A stretch of 64,000 nt of DNA from an uncultured Chitinophagaceae bacterium. GTDB taxonomy: Bacteria; Bacteroidota; Bacteroidia; Chitinophagales; LD1. The position numbers and the translations under genes are program-made. Below are positions 19,497 through 28,749 of this stretch, piece by piece. The notes beneath the pieces are model-generated. The model did not search any database. It was not told the origin of the DNA and saw only the letters and a program-made list of their open reading frames with translations. The stretch is taken from NCBI GenBank assembly GCA_964537475.1, contig CAZIBY010000002.1, positions 209,331-273,330 on the forward strand, written 5' to 3'. Positions within the stretch are counted from its first letter, which is position 1. Every line of letters begins with the position of its first letter.

Positions 19497-20555
19497 TCAG
19501 GCCACTGACAAGAGTATCAGCGCGTAATCATTCTTATAAGAATTGCATATAAGGATATGCTGTGGACAAGATGGGGTACCTCTGAGGACCGCCGGTGCCG
19601 GTACCACCCCGCTGTGCAGGATCATAGCTCCCAGCCACATGGCAAAGGCCGTGGAGGTCATATACTCACCGCACAGGTGCTTATAGCCCAGTATCGTATT
19701 CTCTGCGAATAGCCCTGCATTGACCTTCTGCAGCAGCGCATCCCGGCGCTGGTCTCCGCACGGGCCGGACAGTACTGCCACGTCTGATACACCTACCCCG
19801 TGCCCCGCCAGAAATCCCTGGATGGCGGATGAGAGTACCGCGCCGGAGGCAGGCTTGTAGAGCAGCTTATTGCCCTGGTACCTCGCATAGGTTTTGGCCC
19901 CTCTGTCAGGCGATAGCACAAAAAAGGCGGCCCCCTCTCCCGCTATAGTGCCCTTAGAAGCGTGTTTCAGCAGGTCAAGATTTGACTCTTCATTCGTCTT
20001 TATCAGCCCTAGCCGCTGCATGATCTGGTAGCTATAGTCTGTCACCTCGTCATAGGCTCCTGCCAGTATATTGCGTATCGATTCGTTCTCGGTAGCCAGC
20101 ATCTGGGCATCCGTGAGCGCACTCTCAAAGGAAAATCCTTTATGTGCAAAAGTGTTATTGTGTGCATGGCAGCCCACGGCCAGTGCGATGTTTGAGCTGA
20201 CTGTATTATGCGTAGACTGGATGAAGGCGGTAGGACTCACTACTCCCTCCGCAGCATCTATCACGTTCTTCAGAAATTTACCCGAATCATCCAGCAGGCC
20301 AAAGCCTGTGCCCGTAGAAATGGCATCCGGCACCAGCACACCAGCGTCGCGCAAAGCTTGCAGGCCAGCCGTTGTACCATACTTCAGCAGTCGCCCCATC
20401 CGCCGCGACAGCTTTGGATCTATGTAAGGGCTATAATCCGGCTCTACACAGGCCAGACGAGACCCACGATATTCCTTTACCTCAAAAGGGAAATCCGTCC
20501 CGAAAGTCGGCTGGGGTGAGATACAGCTCGCGCCTTTTATGAATAAAGGTTTCAT
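19497..20555 (-). CDS. beta-ketoacyl synthase-like protein (chain-length-factor-like partner)
   Basis: 352 aa with a thiolase-fold pattern. 'AFIQSTHNTVSS' stands where the KS active-site Cys region is expected, and the C-terminal half contains a conserved His. Confidence 0.7.
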   Translation of the reverse strand: MKPLFIKGASCISPQPTFGTDFPFEVKEYRGSRLACVEPDYSPYIDPKLSRRMGRLLKYGTTAGLQALRDAGVLVPDAISTGTGFGLLDDSGKFLKNVIDAAEGVVSPTAFIQSTHNTVSSNIALAVGCHAHNNTFAHKGFSFESALTDAQMLATENESIRNILAGAYDEVTDYSYQIMQRLGLIKTNEESNLDLLKHASKGTIAGEGAAFFVLSPDRGAKTYARYQGNKLLYKPASGAVLSSAIQGFLAGHGVGVSDVAVLSGPCGDQRRDALLQKVNAGLFAENTILGYKHLCGEYMTSTAFAMWLGAMILHSGVVPAPAVLRGTPSCPQHILICNSYKNDYALILLSVA

Positions 20556-20565
20556 CGCATCAAAT

Positions 20566-22062
20566 CTATCTTTTTCTGAATAGCATTACCTGGCTTACTG
20601 ACTGCCCTTTATACACACCCTCCTGTATCATGTGGTGGTCTATAGCCTCTATCTCGGCTGCCATCACCTCCGGCTCCTGATAGCTGAGGAGCAGCGCAGC
20701 ATGATCAGGCATGGCCGCTGCTACAGAGTCCATATTCACCATATAAGGCAGGCAGGTCGCTCCCCTGATAGGATTCCATTGGCTTCTCTCAGGGTGTATC
20801 TCTGTGTAGTAAATATATGCGGGTGCAGCAGATCCTTCTATGTATATCTTAGCGCCATGCTCTCTTTGCTGCGCCATGTAGGAGAAGCAGTCAGTCACAT
20901 CTGTGACACTGAGAGGCTGCCAGAGATAATGGAGCTGGCCAAAATTGATCATGCAGATGACTGATGCAGGTAGCAGCAGTATCCGGGTATATCGCCATGA
21001 TAGCAGTTTATCCAGTCCTATCCCTACCCATGCCAGTAGCAGCGGCATCACAAATAATACCACGCGCGGCTGGAGAGAATACTGGCGCAGGCCCGCAGTG
21101 ATGAATAATAGCAGTACAGGTGCCGCGATCAGTATCATTCTCCGGTCCCTGAGACGGATGCCTGCGTAGAGCGCACTGATCAGGCATAGTATGTGAAAAA
21201 CCAGGGATAAGGTCCAGTGCCCGCCAGCTACTCCCAGCACATTTATAAAGGCTCTGCCATTATGCTGCCACTCCATGGCGCTATGAGGTATCAGGTATAT
21301 GAAATCATTCCGATGGAAATTCTGCAGATACGCAGAATCTGCCTGAGGCTTCAATATGGTGAAATAATAATAACCAAACTGGCAGACCCACACCAGTGCA
21401 GGTATAGCCACCAGCCATGCGCGCCGATAGCCGCCACCCGGCCACAAAGTGGCAGTATAATAAATGCCGGCCGCAGCCAAAATGAACACGGAGGACATAG
21501 ATGACCATATAGCCAGCGAGCCACATAGCGTCCACACCGTCACGAAAAGAGCAGGCCGTACTGTCCGGATGTCCATGCGTATCGCCAGGACTATCAGCCC
21601 GAGAGCTATCATAGCATCTGAGGAGTATTGCTTCAGCTCAGTAGCATAGCGTAGATAGATGAAACCTGTAGCCAATAATATGAGGGGATACCATAGGGCG
21701 CGCCGCACATCGAGCATCAGCAAAATCTTGTAGAGCAACCACAACGTCAGCAGGCCGCTTAGCAGCGGGTACAGCTTGAGGGCCCTCTCGCCGTAGCCTG
21801 AAAGTAGGGCACACAGTTTGACTACCCATAGGAAAACGGGCGGGGCGTACTGCTCATAGCTCAGGGGCTGTGCCAATCCGGCAAAGGAGCGCTCGTAAAC
21901 ATTGCGTGCTACATTGGCCTCATCTATGAAGAGGTTGCGGTTTTGCGCAAATACCACCAGCCTCAGAATGATCCCCAGCAGGACGACACCAACACAAAAA
22001 AAGCGCATCGCCGACGGATAACCTATAGCCTGGGCTGACTCCCTGATGCGCGGTCCGGGCAT
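20566..22062 (-). CDS. GT-C-fold membrane glycosyltransferase-like protein (ArnT/PMT, GT39/GT83-like)
   Basis: 498 aa, polytopic. The N-terminal 'LFIDEANVARNV...YEQYAPPVFLW' loop resembles the DE-containing first periplasmic loop of ArnT/PMT-type enzymes. An alternative start lies at 22008. Confidence 0.6.
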   Translation of the reverse strand: MPGPRIRESAQAIGYPSAMRFFCVGVVLLGIILRLVVFAQNRNLFIDEANVARNVYERSFAGLAQPLSYEQYAPPVFLWVVKLCALLSGYGERALKLYPLLSGLLTLWLLYKILLMLDVRRALWYPLILLATGFIYLRYATELKQYSSDAMIALGLIVLAIRMDIRTVRPALFVTVWTLCGSLAIWSSMSSVFILAAAGIYYTATLWPGGGYRRAWLVAIPALVWVCQFGYYYFTILKPQADSAYLQNFHRNDFIYLIPHSAMEWQHNGRAFINVLGVAGGHWTLSLVFHILCLISALYAGIRLRDRRMILIAAPVLLLFITAGLRQYSLQPRVVLFVMPLLLAWVGIGLDKLLSWRYTRILLLPASVICMINFGQLHYLWQPLSVTDVTDCFSYMAQQREHGAKIYIEGSAAPAYIYYTEIHPERSQWNPIRGATCLPYMVNMDSVAAAMPDHAALLLSYQEPEVMAAEIEAIDHHMIQEGVYKGQSVSQVMLFRKR

Positions 22063-22063
22063 T

Positions 22064-23257
22064 TTAGATGTTTGAGAAGATCACAGAGGAGCAATTACCA
22101 CCAAAGCCAAAAGAATTAGATAGCACATGCTGCAGAGGCTTTTCCAGCAGGCTGGTCTGCGGACCGAATGGCAGTTCTTTCATCTGCGTCTGATGGCGCA
22201 GGTTAGGAAACACCAAAGCATTTGCCAAAGCCAATATACTGATCACGGCCTCTATGCCCGCGCTGGCCCCGAGCGTATGACCGGTGTAAGCCTTGGTAGA
22301 ACTCATGACGGGCGGCTGATCGCCAAATACGCGCCTTATCGCAGTCCCTTCCGACACATCGTTATTCGGCGTACCTGTACCATGCAGGTTGATATAGTCT
22401 ATATCTGACGGAGCCAGTCCGGCCATCTGCAGTGCACCGGTCATAGCAGCATAGTTGCCATTACCCTCCGGGCTGGATGCAGTCTGGTGGTAGGCATCAT
22501 TCGCATTAGCATAGCCGCGCAAAATAGCAAGTGGCTTTACGCTCTCACTATCCAATACCCGCCGCGATACCAGTACGACATAGCCTGCACCTTCGCCCAG
22601 ATTGAGACCTTTGCGATTTTCATCAAAGGGCATACAAGGATTTTCATCCAGTATCATGAGTGATTTAAACCCATTCAGCGTAAAGCGAGATAGCGCATCC
22701 GTACCACCCGCTATGATGATATCTACCACATCATTCTGTATCAGCCGCGCGCCATACATCATCGCATTGGCTGATGAGGAGCAGGCTGTGCTGATGGTCG
22801 TGATATAATCGGTACAGCCGAGTTTCTCCGCTACGATCTCTGTGGCGTCGCCACTATCGTGATTGATCACATCGTGCAGATCGCCGGTATTCGCATCCGC
22901 TAGAAAGTCTCTCATAAAGTCCTCCGTGCGGTCCATCCCTCCCACCGTATTGGCAGAGATAAAACCACAGCGCCATTTCGCAAAATCGATCTTGCTAGTG
23001 TCTTTTGCCTCTCGGGCAGCTATCATGCTCAGCTGGGCCGTGCGCGTCTGCCAGGGCTCCAGGCCACTTATAGCAGCCAGCTCTGTATTGCTATATTTCA
23101 CCTCCGCTACGGGCAGTGTACCCGCATAGGCAGATGGCAGTACCTCCATACCACTCACACCTGTCTCTGATGCTGTCAGGTGCGCCAGTGTCTGTGCCGC
23201 ATTATCTCCTATGGCAGAGATGATGCCGATGCCTGCTATGTAGATGGGGTGATGCAC
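22064..23257 (-). CDS. beta-ketoacyl-ACP synthase II-like (FabF family)
   Basis: 397 aa with an 'ISTACSSS' active-site Cys, 'NLHGTGTPNND' and 'TGHTLGASAGIE' His motifs, and a C-terminal 'SNSFGFGGN'. Confidence 0.9.
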   Translation of the reverse strand: MHHPIYIAGIGIISAIGDNAAQTLAHLTASETGVSGMEVLPSAYAGTLPVAEVKYSNTELAAISGLEPWQTRTAQLSMIAAREAKDTSKIDFAKWRCGFISANTVGGMDRTEDFMRDFLADANTGDLHDVINHDSGDATEIVAEKLGCTDYITTISTACSSSANAMMYGARLIQNDVVDIIIAGGTDALSRFTLNGFKSLMILDENPCMPFDENRKGLNLGEGAGYVVLVSRRVLDSESVKPLAILRGYANANDAYHQTASSPEGNGNYAAMTGALQMAGLAPSDIDYINLHGTGTPNNDVSEGTAIRRVFGDQPPVMSSTKAYTGHTLGASAGIEAVISILALANALVFPNLRHQTQMKELPFGPQTSLLEKPLQHVLSNSFGFGGNCSSVIFSNI

Positions 23258-23607
23258 GATATGATATGATCAAGTAATTTTATAAAAACTGATTTGTGAA
23301 AATAATTGTTCAACCTATGCACAACAACAACATCATTATCGAGCATTTGGACAATACTTTTCAGTAGACTCAGCTCCCGATAGAGATATGCCTGATCAAA
23401 TTGACCTGCTGCTTTTGTAATATCCTCTGGCCAAAGTCCCAAAGCATCTATTCCACAGCATTCAACAACACATTCTGTTACTAATGCATCCCAAAAAGTT
23501 CTTGTACTGTACATCAAGTCGTCTAATTCGGCAGGAGTAAGCTTGGTATCTATTTCAATCTGCTCGATCCATCTGTCTTTTCCAATGGATATCCTGTCCT
23601 CTGTCAT
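23236..23607 (-). CDS. small Cys-motif protein of unknown function (AT-rich insert)
   Basis: 123-codon ORF that is clearly more AT-rich than its neighbours. It contains 'CVVECCGIDALGLWPE'. Its 3' end overlaps the KS start by 22 nt. Confidence 0.5.
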   Translation of the reverse strand: MTEDRISIGKDRWIEQIEIDTKLTPAELDDLMYSTRTFWDALVTECVVECCGIDALGLWPEDITKAAGQFDQAYLYRELSLLKSIVQMLDNDVVVVHRLNNYFHKSVFIKLLDHIISCITPST

Positions 23608-23612
23608 TGGGT

Positions 23613-23858
23613 TTACGCCGCCTTATGCGCCGTGATGTACTCCGCTATGCTACGCACAGTCTTGAAGACTGTCGGCCCTTCAGATGGATTAGCCAGCTTG
23701 ATGCCGTATTTCTGCTGTAGCAGCACGATCAGCTCCAGTGCATCTATCGAGTCCAGACCGAGACCTTCTATGAAGAGCGGCTGATCATCGCCTATGTCTT
23801 CCGGTTTGATATGTTGCAGGTTGAGCTGTTCTACTATCTGCCCTTTGAGTGTCTGCAT
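23613..23858 (-). CDS. acyl carrier protein
   Basis: 'GLGLDSIDALELI' phosphopantetheine-attachment motif. The start MQTLKG at 23858 is TAATG-coupled to the upstream gene (the longer ORF runs to 23870). Confidence 0.85.
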   Translation of the reverse strand: MQTLKGQIVEQLNLQHIKPEDIGDDQPLFIEGLGLDSIDALELIVLLQQKYGIKLANPSEGPTVFKTVRSIAEYITAHKAA

Positions 23859-24481
23859 TAGTTCTTCCATTGCCGTTCGTATAGTTGTTTGGTGGTTTGC
23901 GAGTTGTATTCTCCCAAAGATGCAGGATTTTTCTCTACCAGCATAAAAAAAGCATTCATCTCTCCACGCAGGTAGTCAGCGCTGCCGGAGATACATACCT
24001 CTGCCCTGTTTCCTGTGAGCAGTCCATTGACGTAGTCCGCCTGAAAATCGGGGTCAAAACTATCAGACACAAAGCAGGTATTCTCCCCTTTGATACCCTG
24101 CCGGATGCACACCTCTCCTATCATCACGTTGGGCAGTGTATATACAAACAGCGACGGGCTGGGCGCCGTAGCCATAGACTGCTGATAGCGCAGATCCGTA
24201 TCGAGGCTGGAGTGTGCGCAGCTGATTATTACAGCTACATCCTCAGGTTTGTACTCCTGCGTGAGTCGGCGCCCCCGCAGCAGCGCCTCGGTAGCCAGTA
24301 TCGCCAGTCTGCTCAGCGGGTCCATTTTATAGAACTTAGGATAATCAAGGCCTATTCCTTTATACGCCTCCGTCAGAAACTCGGCACCAGCAGTTTCGCC
24401 GCCATACAGCAAGGCCCCATCTACATAGATAGCTTTCCCATCGATGTGCACATAGCGGGTGATGTAGTGAGAGCGGGCCAT
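23858..24481 (-). CDS. short KS N-terminal-like protein (3-oxoacyl-ACP synthase-related)
   Basis: 207 aa. 'FYKMDPLSRLAILATEALL' and 'PSPSLFVYTLPNV' resemble the short KS-like proteins of aryl-polyene/flexirubin-type clusters. TAATG-coupled to the lptG-like stop. Confidence 0.6.
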   Translation of the reverse strand: MARSHYITRYVHIDGKAIYVDGALLYGGETAGAEFLTEAYKGIGLDYPKFYKMDPLSRLAILATEALLRGRRLTQEYKPEDVAVIISCAHSSLDTDLRYQQSMATAPSPSLFVYTLPNVMIGEVCIRQGIKGENTCFVSDSFDPDFQADYVNGLLTGNRAEVCISGSADYLRGEMNAFFMLVEKNPASLGEYNSQTTKQLYERQWKN

Positions 24482-25557
24482 TACTTGGGTGCTGTTTTCA
24501 GGAGATAAAAAGCAATGATCCCAAAAAGGAAATTAGGTATCCAGACCCCTATAAATGGCGGCAGGGAGGCATTGGTAGAGAAGGTGATCGAGAACTTCAT
24601 GATGATCTCAAAGGTAGCACACAGCGCGATACCTAGCACCAGGTGCCAGCCCAGCCCTCCCCGTATCTTGCGCGAGGCCAGGCTCACGCCTATCAGCGTC
24701 ATGATCAGCACACTGAAAGCCCCCGACGTGCGCCGGTATAGCTCTACCTCGTAAAACTCAATATCATTGGACCCCGCCTTCTGCATATGCCGGATGAAAT
24801 CCTTGAGCGCGGGCGTCGTCATTTCATCCTTACGGTCGGTCGTGATGGCAAAGTTCTCCGGCCGGAAGGAGAAAAGCGAATCCATACTGGCACCCGTCCG
24901 TATCACATCTCCCTCGGGGTGCAGCTCACGGATATAGTAGTTTTTCACCCGCCATGTTTTCTTGATCGTATCCCATGCTATACTCTCACTGCGTAGCTTG
25001 GTCACCATCTTGCCATTCTCAAATTTGTCTATGGAAAAGCGGCTACCCACCGCATCAGCCGGACGGTAGTTCTCTACATACATAAAGGTGCCGGGGCTGA
25101 TCTGCCGGTGATAGTTATAACTCAGCGTCCTGGTGAACTTATTTATGTAGGTGCTCTCAAACAGGAGCCGCTTATGATTGGCCATCGGCACGAGGTAGTT
25201 ATTGCACACCCAGAGGCTGCCACCTAATATCAGAGCCCCCACGCCATAGGGCAGTAGCATACGGTAGTAGCTCGTACCGCTATTGAGTATCGCTATGATC
25301 TCAGATCGGTCTGCCAGCTGTGAGGTAAAGAAAATGACCGCCACGAGCACAAAGAACGGTGCCAGCATAGACGAGATATATGGTATGAAGGCCATGTAAT
25401 AAGAGAAAATGATCTCCCATACTGTCGCACTCCCATCCAGAAAGTTGTCGATCTTCTCTGACACATCCACCACCACCGTGATGAGATTCAGCAGCACGAT
25501 GATAAACACAAACGTGCCGAGAAACTTCTTCAATATGTACCAGTCTATTTTCTTCAT
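24481..25557 (-). CDS. LptF/LptG-family permease
   Basis: Start MKKIDWYILKKFLGTF at 25557, typical of the YjgP/YjgQ family. Six TM segments surround a periplasmic beta-jellyroll region. Confidence 0.85.
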   Translation of the reverse strand: MKKIDWYILKKFLGTFVFIIVLLNLITVVVDVSEKIDNFLDGSATVWEIIFSYYMAFIPYISSMLAPFFVLVAVIFFTSQLADRSEIIAILNSGTSYYRMLLPYGVGALILGGSLWVCNNYLVPMANHKRLLFESTYINKFTRTLSYNYHRQISPGTFMYVENYRPADAVGSRFSIDKFENGKMVTKLRSESIAWDTIKKTWRVKNYYIRELHPEGDVIRTGASMDSLFSFRPENFAITTDRKDEMTTPALKDFIRHMQKAGSNDIEFYEVELYRRTSGAFSVLIMTLIGVSLASRKIRGGLGWHLVLGIALCATFEIIMKFSITFSTNASLPPFIGVWIPNFLFGIIAFYLLKTAPK

Positions 25558-25569
25558 CACCCCTCCTGA

Positions 25570-25586
25570 CCTCCCCAAAGGGGAGG
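25570..25586. repeat. REP-like GC hairpin cctcccc-aaa-ggggagg
   Basis: Perfect 7-bp stem in the intergenic region. It also generates the spurious N-terminal extension of the lptG ORF. Confidence 0.7.
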
Positions 25587-25658
25587 AATAATATTAGTGC
25601 TTTTTATTGAGCCAAAATTGTCATTAGCATCATATAATGTCCCCGCTATTTGTATTCC

Positions 25659-25690
25659 CCCTCTCCTTCGGAGAGGGCCGGGGTGAGGTT
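25659..25690. repeat. REP-like element ccctctc-cttcg-gagaggg followed by ccggggtgaggtt
   Basis: Shares tctccttcggagagg and ggtgaggttat with the copy at 57851-57900. Confidence 0.7.
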
Positions 25691-26819
25691 ATAACCGCGT
25701 CATCACCCGTGACAGGGTCTCCTTTTTCCACGCCGCAAAATCTCCTGCCAGGATGTGCTGCCTCGCCTCGCCCACCAGCCAGAGGTAGAAGCTCAGGTTA
25801 TTGACAGACGAGATCATCGCGCCGAGCATCTCACCGCTATGCACCAGGTGGCGGAGGTAAGCCTTGGTGTGCGTGCGCACCAGTTCGCAGGCTCCCCCGG
25901 CATCTATCGGGCTAAAGTCATTTTTAAATTTCTCATTCCTGATATTGATGATGCCCTGCGTGGTAAAGAGCATACCATTCCGCGCATTGCGCGTCGGCAT
26001 CACACAGTCAAACATATCCACGCCGAGAGAGATACCCTCCAGTATATTGGCAGGTGTACCTACGCCCATCAGGTAGCGCGGCTTGTCCTTTGGCAGGATA
26101 TCGCACACCAGCTCGGTCATCTCATACATATCTTCATCCGGCTCGCCTACACTCAGGCCTCCTATGGCATTGCCCTCCATCCCTTTCTCAGCGATATACT
26201 CGGCTGATTGCTTGCGGAGGTCCTTGTAAGTAGAACCCTGCACGATGGGGAACAACGTCTGCGAGTAGACATATAGCCCCTCCGTCTCGCGGTAGCGGCA
26301 GATACAGCGGTCCAGCCAGCGGTGCGTCATAGCCAGTGACTTCTTAGCATAATCATACTCACACGGATACGGCGTACACTCGTCAAAGGCCATCATGATA
26401 TCCGCACCGATCTTGCGCTGCGTATCTATCACATTCTCCGGTGTGAACTGGTGCTTGCTGCCATCTATATGGCTGCGAAACTCGGCACCTTCTTCCTTGA
26501 TCTTGCGGATATCAGACAGCGAGTACACCTGATAGCCACCGCTATCCGTCAATATCGGCCTGTCCCATCCTATAAATTTATGCAGGCCTCCCGCCTTCAC
26601 CAGCGTATCCAGACCGGGACGCAGGTAGAGGTGATAGGTATTGCCCAATATGATCTGCGCATTGATATCAGAGCGCAGCTCGTTGAAGTGTACGGCCTTG
26701 ACCGTACCAGCCGTACCCACCGGCATAAAGATCGGCGTCTGTATCACCCCGTGGTCCGTGGTGATCTCTCCCGCCCGCGCCTTACTATTCGCATCAGTAG
26801 CTTGTAACTTGAATTTCAT
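25689..26819 (-). CDS. tgt: tRNA-guanine transglycosylase
   Basis: Start MKFKLQATD at 26819. Carries 'TPIFMPVGT', 'LTDSGGYQV', 'GGLSVGE' and 'DCVMPTRNARNG' motifs. Confidence 0.95.
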   Translation of the reverse strand: MKFKLQATDANSKARAGEITTDHGVIQTPIFMPVGTAGTVKAVHFNELRSDINAQIILGNTYHLYLRPGLDTLVKAGGLHKFIGWDRPILTDSGGYQVYSLSDIRKIKEEGAEFRSHIDGSKHQFTPENVIDTQRKIGADIMMAFDECTPYPCEYDYAKKSLAMTHRWLDRCICRYRETEGLYVYSQTLFPIVQGSTYKDLRKQSAEYIAEKGMEGNAIGGLSVGEPDEDMYEMTELVCDILPKDKPRYLMGVGTPANILEGISLGVDMFDCVMPTRNARNGMLFTTQGIINIRNEKFKNDFSPIDAGGACELVRTHTKAYLRHLVHSGEMLGAMISSVNNLSFYLWLVGEARQHILAGDFAAWKKETLSRVMTRL

Positions 26820-26965
26820 CTGAGGTCGAAAATAGGTATATCCTTTCAATAGCGCCATCCATTAGCCTTTTTTAATGGACAGCCATATATCATACTGTAC
26901 AGATGGCGCGTCACAATGTTTATTACTCCATTTCCGGCACGCTGCTTTATCCGTTTCTTTGCAAG

Positions 26966-28069
26966 ATGTTAATCCTGTACGCTTTATTCATCGGGGCGGT
27001 TGTTTTGCAGTTGTCCTATTACATCCTGGTCTTCAGCCGGCTCAGCTATAGCCGCGAGCCGCACTACGAGCCGGAGAGCTACCCTCCCGTCTCTATCGTG
27101 ATCTGCGCGCGCAATGAGGCCGACAACCTCCGCCAGTACCTCAAGGTGGTGATGATCCAGCACTACCCAAAGTTTGAGGTCATCATCGTCAATGACCAGT
27201 CTACGGACAATACCGTAGACGTAGTGGCCGACTACTTCAAGCGCAATGACAATATCCGTCTCTTCAATATCAAGCAGGGCGAGAAGCCTATGCCGGGCAA
27301 AAAGTTTGCGCTGAAGATAGGCGTAGAGGCCGCGCAGTATGATATAGTGGTAGTAACCGATGCCGACTGCAAGCCCGCCTCTGCCCACTGGCTGGAGCAT
27401 ATAGTAGGTGCCTACCTCAGTGATACTGATTTTGTGCTGGGTTACTCCCCTTTCTACCGCTACAAGGGGCTGCTCAATATGCTGGTCCGCTATGAGAATG
27501 TGATGACCGCCACGCAGTACCTCTCCTTTGCTCAGGCGGGCATGCCGTATATGGGCGTAGGCCGCAATATGAGCTTCCGCAAGAAGGTTTTTACCGGCTG
27601 GAAAGATAGCTCCGGCGGCAGCCGCAAGCAGAGCGGCGATGATGATCTTTTTGTAAACGCACAAGCCAAAGGCAAGACCACAGCGCTGAGCCTGCACAAA
27701 GACGCCTTCACCTTCTCCGAGCCCAAGCGCACCTGGGGCGAATGGATCAGCCAGAAGGCCCGCCATATTAGCTCTGCCACGCACTACAAGTTTCACCACA
27801 AGGTGCTGCTCTTCTTCTTTGCCCTCAGTGACTTTTTATTTTACACAACATTTATACCCCTGTGTATTTTATCAGCCATGCCGCTCTTTGTCTTGCTGGC
27901 AGGCTTCTTTGTGATCGTGACCAAGCATATCGTGAGCGTGAGAATCAACAATAAGCTGGAGCAGCGGGACCTCTCCGGATGGCTCTGGCTGCTCGATCCG
28001 CTCTATGTTATCTACTTATTCTATATATTTATGGTATCGTTATTCAGACCCAACCAAGAATGGAAGTAG
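26966..28069 (+). CDS. family 2 glycosyltransferase with C-terminal TM segments
   Basis: 'VSIVICARNEADNL', 'IIVNDQSTD' and 'VVTDADC' (the DxD region). Alternative start at 26903. Confidence 0.8.
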   Translation: MLILYALFIGAVVLQLSYYILVFSRLSYSREPHYEPESYPPVSIVICARNEADNLRQYLKVVMIQHYPKFEVIIVNDQSTDNTVDVVADYFKRNDNIRLFNIKQGEKPMPGKKFALKIGVEAAQYDIVVVTDADCKPASAHWLEHIVGAYLSDTDFVLGYSPFYRYKGLLNMLVRYENVMTATQYLSFAQAGMPYMGVGRNMSFRKKVFTGWKDSSGGSRKQSGDDDLFVNAQAKGKTTALSLHKDAFTFSEPKRTWGEWISQKARHISSATHYKFHHKVLLFFFALSDFLFYTTFIPLCILSAMPLFVLLAGFFVIVTKHIVSVRINNKLEQRDLSGWLWLLDPLYVIYLFYIFMVSLFRPNQEWK

Positions 28070-28683
28070 AAAAGAACTCTAACCCCGCTCCTACGCCCCC
28101 GGTCAAAGTGAATCCCGACCTCGATCTGGTCAATAAGGCCAAGACCGGTGATCAGGTGGCCTTTGGCAAGCTGATGGCCCGCTACAAGGAGTCCGTCTAC
28201 TACATGATCCTGAAAATGGTGCACAACCGTGACGACGCTGACGATCTCACGATGGTAGCCTTTAGCAAGGCCTTTAATAACCTGGCCAACTACAGCGCGG
28301 ACTTCGCCTTTAGCACCTGGCTCTTCCGTATCGCTACCAATAACTGTATCGACTTTATCCGCAAGAAGAAACTTCAGACCACCTCTATAGACCAGAGCAC
28401 ACCAAACGATGAGGGCGAGTCAGTGCCGATAGCCGTCAAGGACAAATCTATGACCCCTGAGGAGCGCATCATCAAAGACCAACGCGCCATCAAGATCCGC
28501 GAGGTGATACAGGAACTCAGCCCGAAGTACAAGCAGCTCATCGAGCTCCGCTACTTTGAGGAACTCAGCTATGAAGAGATAGCCGAGCGCTGCGACCTGC
28601 CACTAGGCACCGTCAAAGCCCAGCTCTTCCGCGCCAAGGATATGCTCTACAATCTGATGAAGAGTACCAAGGACAGGTACTAG
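28060..28683 (+). CDS. RNA polymerase sigma-70 factor, ECF subfamily
   Basis: ATG at 28060 overlaps the GT2 stop by 10 nt. Region 2 'DADDLTMVAFSKAF' and region 4 'SYEEIAERCDLPLGTVKAQLFRAK' are present. Confidence 0.85.
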   Translation: MEVEKNSNPAPTPPVKVNPDLDLVNKAKTGDQVAFGKLMARYKESVYYMILKMVHNRDDADDLTMVAFSKAFNNLANYSADFAFSTWLFRIATNNCIDFIRKKKLQTTSIDQSTPNDEGESVPIAVKDKSMTPEERIIKDQRAIKIREVIQELSPKYKQLIELRYFEELSYEEIAERCDLPLGTVKAQLFRAKDMLYNLMKSTKDRY

Positions 28684-28749
28684 TCTATTTCTGATTTAGG
28701 ATTGCTGATTTTTGATTGATGAACAACAGTTCATCTCATTCTTAATTTT

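Noticed and set aside
25558-25578. N-terminal extensions of several listed ORFs: lptG (MGRSGGV), tgt (MALLKGYTYFRPQ), prfB (MALPDGEGW...), CoA-transferase A (48 extra residues), the sigma factor and paralog 4.
   Set aside because: Internal starts give family-typical N-termini and ATGA/TAATG coupling. The extensions run through REP hairpins or upstream genes.
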